From positions 27,032,001 through 27,096,000 of the forward strand of contig NC_045138.2 of NCBI RefSeq assembly GCF_008831285.2: a DNA stretch of 64,000 nucleotides, given 5' to 3'. The notes below the pieces were generated by a model. The model made no database searches and was not told the DNA's origin. It saw nothing but the letters and a program-made list of their open reading frames with translations. Origin of the DNA: Nymphaea colorata (lineage: Eukaryota). A program made the position numbers and the translations under genes. This document shows positions 13,601 through 26,385 of the stretch, piece after piece (position 1 is the stretch's first letter; every line of letters starts with the position of its first letter).

Positions 13601-16444
13601 ATAGAATGAAGAAAGATGCACAGAACAGCTATGAAGGACATCTAGTAAACCTGATGCTTATTTGATAATACGTATAGCAGTACTGCAGTTTTCCTTTTTT
13701 TTGCTACTTAATATTCCCATTTGCACCAACAAGAACAAAAGGGAGGCATTACTGAGCTTATCCAAAACTATATTTAAGATATCAGGTAGTTATATCCTTA
13801 TGCTAGACAGATAGTTCACAATTGGTTTGACAAATTTGTATCAGAAAAAGAAATTTCCCAGGATTATATATTTAAAAAGACAAAGCACAATGATGCTTAT
13901 GGCACCAAAACTATTAAAGTATCATATAAAGAAAACAGGAACAGCAAGGGACCTGTTTAGAGGTGTTTCCAACAGCTGCAAGGCCAAGAAATCTTGTGAC
14001 ATGCACAGCTGCATTATTACTGTATGGCTCTCGTGCATAAAACACACCTTTCGTACCTGCTATATGATAGCTATTGACAATGGTTCTGTTAGAGTTATTT
14101 CCACCAATGCATAACAAATTTCAACCACAATTAAAAGAGAAAACATGAAAACCGAAGTTTGCTTGTGCATGTGTGGGTTAGCCTGAGGAACATTGCCTGT
14201 CAAATTTTCGGACCTCTGGAATTTGCTACTCAAATGGAAAATATTGATTCTGATCATTACAAGCTAGCGTCATTTTATATGATGCACGCATGCATATAGA
14301 AGGTAGCTTACATCATTTTCTACAAATTGAACTGAAACAAGAAACAGCTATTGTCCTATTGATTTCAACATGCATACTTCTGCCTTTGATTTTCAGAATA
14401 TGAGGCTTTTGGATATATGGAAAATCAACAGGTGTCGGAGAGACACAATGCAGTGCATTGATCACCTCTGGTGAGTTGCGACCCCAAATAGACAAATATG
14501 GCATGTTCAGCCAATGATTCATCTTGTCAGGTAATTTATCTTATTTATGTGAAATAAAATTCCCTTTAAGCAGTCAAATACATGCATTGGTGTGTGGGCT
14601 TCAATCCGACAAATGGTCCCATGGCGGTTTGGTCAATTATGAGAATCAAGTCTAATTTTTTTTAAATACTGATTTCTGAATTGCAACAAAAACCCTTTAT
14701 ATTCAAGCATCAGGAATTTAAGACAGGATGACCTAACACGCAATGAAGCGGCAAAAACTCCAGAAAAAGTTTTCTTCAATATAACAGCTAACTGAAAGGC
14801 TTCTTTAAAGTTAAAAGACATAATTCTAATAAACTCTTTAAAGATATAATTGTAATCAATGTACTGCGATTTTCTTACTGATAGCAATTTTGCCCAAAAT
14901 CAAAACTGATTTCTAAGCGCAAATTTTAGCTCTGCTCTTCTCAAATGTAGAATCAGCTATAGACAAGATTTTCACTTTCAATGAATTTCCTCTACTATTT
15001 ATGATATTGAAGGCTGAAGACATGAAAAATGGCAAGGGCAATTACCGAGGCTTAATTTCTGCAGCTAACTCAGACACAATTGCGTCAGTGCCTGCAGATG
15101 ATAAGACATCAGGCAAAGCACTGGAAGTATCAGCTCCATTACAAATACCTCTTGGCCATTCATTGGTGGTTGTTAGTCAAGGCAAAAACCAAATGAAATC
15201 TGGACAAGCCATACACATCTTCACACCAATAACAGAAAGGAAGTTCAGAACATGTGCAAAAACAAGAAGCTAATGCTGAGAAGGAGCAACCATATTCCTA
15301 ATGCTGACACCAAAGAGGATATGTTAGAAACAGATCAGTGACGCCAGGTTCTTCAGCTAAAGCTCGCAAGGCATCGATATCATCTTCACCATATACCCCA
15401 GTTGGCTGACCCTTGGATGAACATCTTCCAGATAAGTAAGCTATAAATAGATCTACAAAGCAAAACGTAAGCACCATTACCAAACGTTAAAAAAACCATG
15501 ATTAATCAAAACCGACATATGCATGTCAACTGAAGTGAAATGTAACATATCCCCTGAGCAGGTTGAAAATTACCAATTAATATATCCTCAAAACAGGTTG
15601 AAAATTACCAATTAATATATCCTCAAAACAGGTGAAAATTTACCAATATATGTGCTAATGCATACATCATGAAATGAAGCTCAAGCAAGTTAAGAAATTA
15701 TCAAAATGTTAAAATATCAGAAACAGCAAAACCATTCCCAACTACATGCCAGCAACTTTATTGACGAAAAGTTTAGTTAGATTTGATTATTTCCACATAC
15801 AATTACAGCAAAAAAAAAAAACAAAGCATCACTAAGCAAGTACGTTTAGCATTCAAACTAACAAGAACAGGAAGTTAGAAGGCAAAACATAGAAATTTCT
15901 TCCACAATTGGGGTTTCGAGAATGGCAGGGGGCAAGTGAAAAGGAAAAAGCAAGACAAACAAATGATTGAAGGACGCACTGTGGAGAACGAATCGCCCGC
16001 TTCCTTTTAACCAGTAGAGATTGTCGCAGAGCTTCACACCGTCGGTTTTGAAACCCAAGTTCGCTGGGTCCCTAGTGGCAGCTGCGAGGATCTTCGCAGC
16101 ACTAACGCCATAGTCGCCGATGAAGTAGGTCGGTATGGGGACCTCGCGGCGGCCTTCGACGAAGTCCATGAACTCGCCAAGGAGCTCAGGGTCGTCCGGG
16201 AAGAACTGCCCCACGCAGAGGAGAAAGTCGAAGGGCCCATTGGATTTGTTCACCTGGAAAACAAAAGAGCAGTTTCAGAGAGGGTTCCAAGATACCCATT
16301 TTCTCACCCCAACTCTCCATCAGAGGGATTGAGAGAGTGGTAGCTAATTACCGCACAGACTCGCTTGAAGAGAATGGGGAGACGGCCTAGGACGTCCCCG
16401 GACAGCAACACTCGGGGGGACGAAGACGACGACGATGAAGACAT
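10620..16444 (-). CDS. CWF19L1/CwfJ-like CCCH zinc-finger protein (C3H64-like). Exons: 16444-16352, 16253-15980, 15452-15323, 15165-15046, 14070-13953, 12787-12390, 12152-11810, 11325-11229, 11105-10963, 10748-10620
   Basis: N-terminal metallophosphoesterase-like region (RVLLSGDVLGRL, GPFDFLLCVGQFFP, PIPTYFIGDYG, DLFLTNEWP, KPRYHIAG, FYAREPY); two CCCH fingers (CFNFVSTGSCSRGEKCDFHH; CFDFIIKGKCERGQECKFRH); CwfJ C-terminus (CWFCLSSP, HANLQAVPLP, FPVQFGREVLAG, ADWRKC). Splice phases join consistently. Confidence 0.93.
15166..15322 (-). other. U12-type AT-AC intron
   Basis: On the minus strand the 5' splice site reads ATATCCTC, the branch-point-like GCCTTGAC lies about 10 nt before a terminal AC, and splicing restores DLFLT-NEWP. 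Confidence 0.9.
15559..15647. repeat. 35-bp tandem repeat (~2.5 copies), intronic
   Basis: caggttgaaaattaccaattaatatatcctcaaaa starts at 15559 and 15594, with a partial copy at 15629. Confidence 0.85.
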
Positions 16445-18239
16445 CGCCGGCAAAACTCAGCACCAACCTGAGCAGAGGTCACAGGGTCAGGTTCCGGGAG
16501 GAACCCTGGCGAGGGAAAATTTCAGTGTGTTTAAAATTTGGAGATTTTCCCTTTGGTTTTTAACGGTGATTTTAGTTTTTTAAGTCACCAAATCATTTAT
16601 TTCGCGCACTATGTTGTTGAACTGATGTAAGAAGAAAAAGTAACGAACATTTTTGTTAACTAATATTAATTTTACTTATATATATATAATTTTTATTGGT
16701 GACTTAGCTTTCAAAGTTACACAAGCTATCTCCAAGTCGTTTAGGAGAGAAAAATAAAGAGAATGTGTAAAGTAAGAAAACTAAAATATTGATCACTTTT
16801 TTTTTTGTGTGAGAAATCTTCAATGACTTATAAAAATGACTTATAAAAAGATTATTAAAGTGGTTTGTTGTTTTGGTTATTAGGTTAGAATGAAATTTCT
16901 AAAGGACATGTTGGGATCCATCCAACCATGAGCCCGAACCCAGTATGGGAGTGGGTCAACTTATTTCAGCTTTATTATAAACCATTATTATACTATAAAC
17001 CATGGCTAATGTTAATTTAATGATTTTCATTAGTGACAACATTTTAAATTTTAGTTATCTGATAACAACCAACACATGGTATCATAAACTATATTACCTT
17101 AAAAATATGCATATAATATAAATTTTCCAAAATTTTTCAGAGCAAGTGAAGACATAAAATAGGTTTACTTAAATGAAATGTTTCTTAGCACATGTATAAT
17201 TGTTGTAGGTTATGAAATTGTGATTTAGTTTAAACTCTTTTCTAGTTGATTAAGTAAACCCATGCAAACGCCAAATATGTATTCCTAAATGGTTATGTAT
17301 GCTTTTTCCTCTTCAAAGTGTTCAAATTTCGTAAAAAGAATAAAAAAAACAGATATGTTCCATAAAATTTTGAATTTCTTTAATTTCAAAAACTTTTCAA
17401 AGCTTTTAAAAGGCATTGGATATGGCTAAGATTTTGACAAAAGTTAAAAATTATGACAGTTTTCAAAAGATTTCTAAAAACTTCCAAACATGTATGAGTA
17501 GTTGAGTTACTTGCAATTGTTTAACAATGATGTACCTATAAGTATATAATCTGTCATCCAACTCTTAAAATCTGTATTCCAAAAAATTAACTCTTTTTCA
17601 TCTTTATGTTAGCAACAATAATTTGCTTTTTCTAATATGCTTGTTTATGCATTTTGAAAATTCAATGATAGATAAAGTACTGGAGTCTTATTCCAATTGT
17701 CTAGATTTTTTTAAGCCAAAAAACATATTTATTTGTCTATCTTCCATGTATTGCACTTCAAATAAAACTTACTTATAATTTCATATATAAAGCTTCATTA
17801 GTTAGGAACATATTGCAACCATTGATTTGAATGAATGAACTTGTACAAGGAGAGAAGAGAAAAACAATGCATCATTCAAAAGATGAAAATATGTTTTGAA
17901 CAACCTTTAATTGACGTAAATGAACATGATAGAACAATAATTTCGATAATGAAGATCCCATTATTTGTATAATTGATTCCTTACAATTTTATACAATAAT
18001 TAACAATTATAGCTTCACATATAATTATTTAGATGAGCACTTCTACATACTTCAAATTTTGGCTATATACTTATGAATTGATTAAAAGCTACATGCATGC
18101 CCCAAGGAGGCGATTTTTTTTTCTTGTAGTAGTAAGAAAGGTACAAAAACATTAGAAATGCTAACACCATACTTTTAGACTTATAAAGGCATTTACATAA
18201 TCTGCACATAGAGTTATTATGAATAAAGCTCCATCAAAT

Positions 18240-18720
18240 CTCATTGTCACTTGTTTTTCACCGTCTCATAGATCCATTAAATTTAACGAATAATATATTT
18301 CTTCTACCCATGAACTAATATGTAGCAGGTCATTATATAACCATGCATATTTGGGAGACTAAAGGACAGTTAGCACACAACTTATTACTTAGAAAATAAT
18401 AATTGTCATCAATAATGTAAAGTATAAAAAAATCATTCAAGTTTAGACTAAATACAATTTATATTTGGTCAAAAACAAGTTCTCCATTTTAACTAGTCAA
18501 AACTTTGGCATTTGATATTGTTCATAAATGTTGTTCTTCTTTTCCAAGTGCATTCATACGCACCCAAATCAAGAGCAACTCTATTATCAACATAACTAGT
18601 TTGCACATGTCTCTTGTATAGGATGTCATGATCTTTTTTTGATGCATTTCACAATCCTCCTTATGCAACGTGACCAGGTGACCGCAGAATCCTTCTTATG
18701 AGTTGTAACAAGATGACCTC
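18240..18720 (-). mobile_element. Possible highly degraded hAT-like transposase remnant
   Basis: Broken minus-strand frames give GHLVTLHKEDC..H, SYTRDMCKLVML and HGYIMTCY, loosely reminiscent of a BED finger and the hAT N-terminal region. The segment lies in an AT-rich intergenic block. The resemblance is weak. Confidence 0.2.
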
Positions 18721-19816
18721 AAGAATCTTTTTGCTAAATAAAACATATATATTAGTTATATTAAACTTAATATATAACAAATTTAAACCCCCTTTTATAT
18801 ATCTCTTGTTTTATTCTTCCTATTCTATTCATGGGAGAAAAATAAATATAAAGAAGATTATTCCAAAAAAATGACTACTATTTGCCCAAAGCAAAGCTAA
18901 GTATCAAGTGTAACACACATATTATCTATCAACATGTTGGTATGTTCTTGCTCAATTGGTAGTCATCCTTGTTAATTTTCAGCCATGATTTAATTACATA
19001 TGCATAACATATTAATTTATACAGTACATATACATTCATTGACAATCACGATCTCCCTGACTAGCTATAGTCTTAAGTGAGCTTCCTTGCTCTAAAGACC
19101 ACATGGTTAACGTTAAAACTTTTGAAAGAGAACAGTTTTCCGGGGCTGAATCTTTCTTTCCTTCTTTGCTGCTCAAGCATTAGAGTAGGATAGGATTTAT
19201 CATTCCATTTAGGAAATAAAAGATAAAGCAATAAATGAGAAATCATAAGAATCAAATGAACCTGCATCTTCACTCTCGTATTAAAGAAGGTAAAACTATA
19301 CATGACTAGTGTTACACACGCATATAGGCATGTATTTTTACCTTGTTCAGTATATATAATAATGAATATGGTTTTTTTTATTTTTATTGTTTCTCATTTT
19401 ATTTCTTTATCATTTATTTCCCAAATGGAATGACATTCTTATCCAACTCCAACTCCTGAGAATCAAGGATCCCAATGCCATCCAGCAACAATTGATGTGG
19501 TCCTTTGTAATTTCCCTTACTTGGTTCCAACGCTATAAAGTCGTTCCCACTCCTTCCTCTAATGCATATATGAAGCATTAGATTCTGCCCATTTTAGTTT
19601 CATATTGTGCAACACAAGGCATCCATTTCTGCATTTTTTTCTTCTCAAGCTCCCAAGCTCTCTCTCTCTCTCTCTCTTTCCTCCTTGTCACTCCTTTTAG
19701 TAATAAGATTTTTCATGTGGTCGCCATTACTGTAATTTTTTTCTCAGGCCGTCTTTTTCTCTCTCTCCCTCAGTGCTCACTCTCTTACTGTGGTAGATTG
19801 TGTTACTTGGGTAAGC

Positions 19817-20326
19817 ATGAAGGAGAAGCCATCATGTGCATCGTGCAAGCATCAAAGAAGACGGTGTAATGCTTACTGCCCACTGGCACCATACTTCCCA
19901 CACGATCGCCTTGCTCAGTTTCTCAACGTACGCAAACTGTTCGGCGTCAGCAATGTCCTTAGAATCATCAAGGATCTTGAACCACAGCAGAGGGACGATG
20001 CCATGAGGACCATCATCTTTGAGGCTGAAGTGAGGGCCAGAGATCCCGTCAGGGGCTGCCTCGGTGTCATCGAGGACCTCCAGAGGCAGATCAACTGGTC
20101 AAGGGCGGAGCTGGAGGTGACTCTTGCCCATCTTCGTACTGTCAAGCAGCAGCGACAGACCAATCATGGCATTCCGGCGGCTGCCCACCTTGGTGGCTTC
20201 CCGGTTGGCTCCTTCTCGTCGAACCGACTCTACGGTATGCCCTTGAATCCGCTGCTGCACACGGACGGTGGTCGTGCTGGACATGGCGGTCGTAACATGG
20301 CTGGGGGCGTCGGCATAGATATATGA
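19817..20326 (+). CDS. LOB-domain (LBD/ASL) transcription factor, LBD22/LBD27-like
   Basis: CX2CX6CX3C motif (CASCKHQRRRCNAYC), APYFPHDR..QFLN..KLFGVSN, RARDPVRGC and a leucine-zipper-like region. ATG at 19817. The 3' end may differ if spliced. Confidence 0.9.
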   Translation: MKEKPSCASCKHQRRRCNAYCPLAPYFPHDRLAQFLNVRKLFGVSNVLRIIKDLEPQQRDDAMRTIIFEAEVRARDPVRGCLGVIEDLQRQINWSRAELEVTLAHLRTVKQQRQTNHGIPAAAHLGGFPVGSFSSNRLYGMPLNPLLHTDGGRAGHGGRNMAGGVGIDI

Positions 20327-21449
20327 TCAAAAGCAGTAAAAAGCGTAGATGCAATTGTTTTGGGCTTCTGCGGCTCCAAATATATAATTTGGAGCATTTT
20401 ATGTAACATAATGCATTTGGTAAAGTTTGTAATGTTCCAGACAAGAAAAACCAGATATATGTTAATGGAGATATGTTAATTACAATGAAAGCATCGTAAA
20501 CCTGCCTTCAGTTTTTCAAGATGAGCACTAAACATTTTTTTTTTTTCTTTTCAATGTTACTTCTTGATTCACTGCACGATATATGATACAAGGGTAGAAC
20601 GCGAAATTGGCTCTTCTGGAGCCTTGAATCTATTAATTGCAGCATAGAAGACGGGAAACAGGAGAAAAATATAAAGCAAAACTTCTTTCTACGGTGCCAT
20701 AAATAATTTGCACTTTGTTCCTGGGGATTAGTGGACACAAGCAAGATTTTCAGTAATGACTTAAAGATATAATAGGCAAGATATATAGACACAACAGACA
20801 GCATGATTATTTGCTTGTACATAACGTTAAAAGAACCGATCAACTTGACCACCTGTTCTCCTCGACATTAGGGTTAGTTTGGTAGTACTCACATTCTAAA
20901 AGATTTTATTGTGTTATGAATCTACTTCAAAGATTATGTCATGCATAATTTTTTAGATATATTTATGAAACACTCATAAAATGTCTCTTACCACATGACC
21001 CCTTATAAATCTTCAACTCAAAGAGATTTTGGGGCTCTTTGTGGCTTCAAATAGCTGAAACATTTTTTGTAACGTAGGTAAAAGCATGTATCCGTCTATA
21101 TTTCCATAAATTTGATATGAATATGTTTGAAAAAATTACAAAGAACCGCCCAACTAAAAGGCGAATAACAAAGAGGCGCTCGTTTTAGATACACCAAAAA
21201 GATGCCTAACTTTTGCAGCAAATTCATAAACAGCGGCCTTTTTCACCAAAAAAAAATGTAAATATTAATTTAGCTTTACAAACTGACATTATGTTTAAGA
21301 AATATAAAATTTACTGTCGCTCATCAACAGCCAGAGAGTGACGGGCGACCCATCTGCCATCTTTGGTCGGGATGCCGCCGCCCCGACCCTCCCTCTCTGT
21401 CCGGCGAGCGTGCCGTCTGTCTCTGACTCTTGCCGTCGTCCACTGGCGA

Positions 21450-21550
21450 CAAATGGTGATGTTGTCGTCGCCCTTCACCGACTGTGATGATCGATGCGGC
21501 AAATGGTGATGTTGGCGTCGCCGTTCACCGACTGTGATGATCGATGCGGC
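21450..21550. repeat. 50-bp tandem duplication
   Basis: aaatggtgatgttg.cgtcgcc.ttcaccgactgtgatgatcgatgcggc occurs twice. Confidence 0.85.
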
Positions 21551-23568
21551 CCCATCCAGTCAAACTAAATTGAACATCATCAACAGCATAGAAATATGAT
21601 GCAATTCGCAAACTTTATAGGTTGCTGCTACTTGCTGCTGGGCATGTTAAATTTTCTGCACCGTGTAAACAGGAGTGGCAAGCCAGGCACGATGATGACT
21701 TGTGAAGCAGATCAAGCAGTATCGCCTTACTGTTGCGCATCAACATGCTTTCAGAAAAGCGTAGTCTCTTAAAGGAACGCCACAAGAAGTTATGTGGAAT
21801 GAAAAGGAAGAATAGTGTCAAGTTAGTCACAATCAATCAAAGTTTCACATTTAAGGGAAATTTCTGTCAAGTAAACAGTCTTAGAGAAGTTACTAAGCAC
21901 TCAATATGCACATTAAGGGGAAACTTCCTTACGTATCCAAAGCAAGCAATAAATTTATTTGATATTATTTTTCAAGCTAAATAGTGTCTAAAGACAAGTT
22001 TTTGACGTGTTCCACGACATAAATACATGGAATGGTGCACTAAGCAAGTCTACTTACAAGGCTAATCTTATAAGTGAGCTTCAAAGCACAGGATTGTTTT
22101 GGAGATAGAACTGTAAAACAGATGAGAAACGTAGTACATGGTAAATGGTTATGAAACACAATGGTGAATAAAACAGAGAACCAAAAGAACGAGTTTTTCT
22201 TCCAAAGCGTATCCTTCAACTTCCATAAGCACAATGCCTAGAAATATGTCTATTTATGCCAAAACTGCAGCAAGGATTCCATAGAAAGAATGAATTGAGT
22301 GATCTGACATAAAGCTACCTTAACTTTTCTCCAGGTTGTGATGGTACCTCTGCAAGTGAAGTAACATTGAACTAATGGGTGGATTCCATCACGCAGTAAT
22401 CAACTAATCATCGCTAGCTGGGAACATGCAGACTGATAATATCTGGTCATACTGCAGCTGTGTGTCATAATGTTGTATGTAATAGTGGTGCAAGGTATCT
22501 TAAATATATTCATTTTTTGTGAAAATTTCAATGGTCCCGTAACCCTGCCAATTTATGTAATATAGTCAATTAATGACACATAACTAAAAACTCTCCTATG
22601 AACTGTATTATTTGGAACTTATATTTTAATCAATCTAACTTCCTTCCTTTGTTTCAACTAGTTCATGAAGTATTGTGGCAACCCATCTTTGCCAGCGACA
22701 GTTTTCTGCTACATCCAAGTAATTTATCTTTCTGATAAACCGCTCAGCTCTAAGGACTCTCATCTGTATAAGAACCACAAGCTCTGTCAATATTTGTGCA
22801 TTGAAAAATTAGTAAGAATTTCCAAGACATTTCGGCGTTGTAGCACATTAAGACAGTTTGGTAACTTGAATTTTTTCTAACTCAATTGAACATCTCAATA
22901 CTGAATCGAGACAGTTTGGTGAACCGAACTATTTTTAGGAAACCAAGTGTTCCAGTGTACCTGCAGGACAATTTCATATTTCCTTGGCATAAAGTTATGG
23001 ACCACACAATCTTGTCTAAAAACTGCAGAGTTAACATGAGAAGGTATCTGTTGCCTTCTCTAATATGCTCAGATGACTTGCAGTATCCTCAAGAGTTCAT
23101 CCTTCATGAGTTCTAAATATGAAGAGTGTGTACACATATGTGAAACACATGCAGTTACATAGACAAGTATGTGTGTGAAGGAGATGTTCCTAAATCAGCC
23201 CAAGTTCAGTCAACAATCATCCGTTAAAGATCTTCTGCAGGGTGGCACATATAGATTAACCGAAGAAGAAAAAAAAAACCATGTCAGCAAGAGCGCAACT
23301 AGGATCATTACTAGGCTCAATGCCTTCCCGTCACCCATCTCCATCTCCCATGACTTCTTTTTAAACAAGTGACAATTCGATTAAAGAAATGCTTCACAGG
23401 CTAGTCAGATCTACCACGATAGATAATCACTCTAATTAAACTGTTGATTAGAAAATTGTCCCTCAAAAGGACAACTTGAATTGTTAAAGAGAAATCATGA
23501 CCTTTAACTTCCAAACAGTCCTAACATTAATGCCACATGAAAGGAACTTCCATCAAAATTGAGTCCTT

Positions 23569-25292
23569 TTAATGTCTTCACGAAGCACAACATGTGCAAG
23601 GGAAGCTGGATAAAACAGAATGTACAGTAAAACCTATGGACTATGGAGTAAAATCGTCAAATGTTAGAATGAGAGGAAACATAACAAGAATGTCCTGATA
23701 ACTCTTCCCTTTATGTTACGTCTATGAGTTGAACTTCAGTACCATTTTGGTCATGCAACGAAAGAAGAGGATGGTTGGGCCAAGTTGTGCATCGGCATCT
23801 TTTAGTGTAACTGTTCCTGAAAGGGAAGATTAATCATAAGAGAACACCTTTACTATGATTAGGACTTAGCAAGAAGTCTACCATGTTTAAAATAGACATA
23901 AAACAGAAATAGGGAAACCTGCAAGGGTCCACGCTGGCACCGCAGGCACCAGCTTTGGTTGCCACTGCTGGAACAGAAGATGAAGAGAACTCAGGTTGCT
24001 CGTTTACGTATTAATGGGCAACCAGCTGCCTGTGGAGCCACAAGAGCAAGACAAATGCAATATAAATCTCGTTAGTGTATATTCTTTCAAAACTTGGTAT
24101 TCGTTACACATATTTCATGTTTTATTGGTTATTGGAGCGGTTCGACTGACTGATTGCTATAGTTGATCGATGTAAGTACCTTGACACTGAGTCACTCCCA
24201 AGGTAAGCCACTCTTGAGCTGATTATATTTTCTATTTTTAGTCCTAGTTATCTTTTCTTTCTTTGGCTAATTGCAGTTCTTTTCAAAGCCGTGGCCATGA
24301 AATTGCACGCTTACATTCTTGCAGCTATCGACGACAATTGGAAGAGCTCAGTATCAAGGGAAGTGATGTTTGTCAGTACCAAATTAATGGAGTTGCTGAA
24401 TGGTAGTGTCTGCGGAGAAATATGTATATGAATGTGAAATTGGCAAAGAAAGATTGGAGCCTCTTCATCCATCTGGCATTTGAGACGAAGCTTTTTTGTT
24501 ACCTAAAGCGATATAATGATAAATGGCTAAACATTTTGATTTTTAACTTCAGAATTATAGCGCTTAACCAATTGAGTCATCCAACAATGTGTAGGCATTG
24601 AAAAGTTGTCAATTTACTAATAAGAATTTTTATTTCCTCTTCCGTTGAAACAGGTCATAACCTTATATTTACGTGCAGTACTGGCAATGTTCGTTAATGA
24701 TGTATTGGATCATTGAAAAGGAGAGTGACAATTAAGTGATTGTGAAGAAACACAATGCCTTCAAAATATTAACAAGCTTCTTTGGTGATTACAGCATTCA
24801 ACTTCTTTGGAGGAAAGGCATGGTTGCAGCTAGGCAACCATTTTGGTGAGGCAGTCTTTCAAGCTGCCAACAGTTCCTTCTAGGTAGGTTGTCATGGTGC
24901 GACCTGGATCTGTGGTGGCACTTTTCACGGGGTCCTTGCAGGTTTCTCTATTTTTGTTTTATGTCTATTTTAAACATGGTAGACTTCTTGCTAAGTCCAA
25001 AGCATAGTAAAGACGTTCTCTTATGATTAATCTGTTTCTTTCTCTTTCAGGAACAGCTACCATAAACGGATGCCGATGCACAACTTGGCCCAACCATCCT
25101 CTTCCTTCGTTGCATGACCAAAATGGTACTGAAGTTCAACTCATAGACCCAACATAAAGGAAAGAGTTATCAAGACATTCTTGTTACGTTTCCTCTCATT
25201 CTAACATATGACAATTTACTCCATAGGTTTTCACCGTAGATTCTGTTTTATCCATCTTCCCTTGCACATGTTGTGCTTTGTGAAGACATTAA
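23569..25292. repeat. Inverted repeat IR-A: arms 23569-23926 and 24934-25292, ~1.0-kb spacer
   Basis: For example, aatgtcttcacgaagcacaacatgtgcaagggaag pairs with cttcccttgcacatgttgtgctttgtgaagacatt, and gttgggccaagttgtgcatcggcatc pairs with gatgccgatgcacaacttggcccaac. Scattered mismatches and indels are present. Confidence 0.92.
24300..24850 (+). pseudogene. Possible degraded LRR (NLR-like) gene fragment in the IR-A spacer
   Basis: Broken frames give QLEELSIKG, LSDCEETQCL and LQHSTSLEE..GCS, resembling NLR LRR units, with multiple stops and frameshifts. Confidence 0.3.
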
Positions 25293-25369
25293 TATCATAT
25301 GTTCCTAAGGAAAATCTTATTATCGTGATACGACTCCTGTTTTACAGACAGCCATGTCATCTGTTGCAG

Positions 25370-25438
25370 GTTTTGCCATCCGCAGCTCTTAGCTATCTCT
25401 TCTACGAGATGATGAAGTCGATACTGAAAATCAATTGA
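25370..25438 (+). pseudogene. Orphan inverted copy of the mitochondrial carrier's last exon
   Basis: ttgcag|GTTTTGCCATCCGCAGCT...AATTGA encodes VLPSAALSYLFYEMMKSILKIN*, the same peptide as 30051-29983 on the minus strand. Confidence 0.9.
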
Positions 25439-25857
25439 TTCGTATAGCTGAGCATGCGTGCATCCACAATAATCGTATGATATAATCAATTTTATGGCAA
25501 TGTAATAGAAAATTACCCTTCGATAAGATTTTGGTCACTGTCTCCCTCGCCATTTTGTTTGTTGTTAATTGATGAATTGAAGCTAATAGAAGAACAATAT
25601 TGCATTTTTGGTTTACACTGAACTTCAAGAGGAAAGACGAAAAGGCAAAAAGGTTCAGTGGTCATTTGTCTCGACAAACTGAAGGCCAGTTTTTTTAAGC
25701 TTTTACCATTTAATATAACTTCTGCTTTCCTTGTAACAGTTACAATCTACATCTGAAAGAACTGTTAGAGAAGATAAAAGAAATTGTGAAAATACAGAGA
25801 AAGATAATGGGGGTCAAAGGCAAGTGGTTGCCAATGGTGATCTTAACAAACAAGAGA

Positions 25858-25900
<43 letters not shown>

Positions 25901-26385
25901 CTGGCAAGAATGTTTAGCGCCAAGCTCATTAGATAAGGAAATTAACTTCAAACTGTATGCGAAATACGGTTGCTCTTGATGGGGATCACGATAAGATCAA
26001 GAGAGAAAAATTAAAATGCCAAATGCTTATCATGATAAGGAATGTATGTTAGGTTACCATAAAAAACTTCAGTAATACATGCTCTCTCTGTCACGAATGT
26101 ATGTTAGGTTACCATAAAATGCTCTCCACTAATATCTGTTATGCATTAATTCCACCCAAGAATGATGAATGACACCTTCGCCTCTTCTTTCTTTTCTGTA
26201 CACGTGTAACTTGGCCGGGTTGGTTCAAGGATCATGGCTTGGCGGATCCTTTTCCTTTCCTGTCTGCAAAATCGCTCGTTGGTACCTGCATGCTGTAAGA
26301 TCAAAAGCAACCTCACCAACAAAGCATAAGTCATGGTCAGTTTAATCAAAACAAGACCAAGTGAAAATTGCAATGATTCTTGGTG

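Noticed and set aside
15559..15647. Short direct repeats considered as CRISPR-like
   Set aside because: Eukaryotic intron with contiguous units and no unique spacers.
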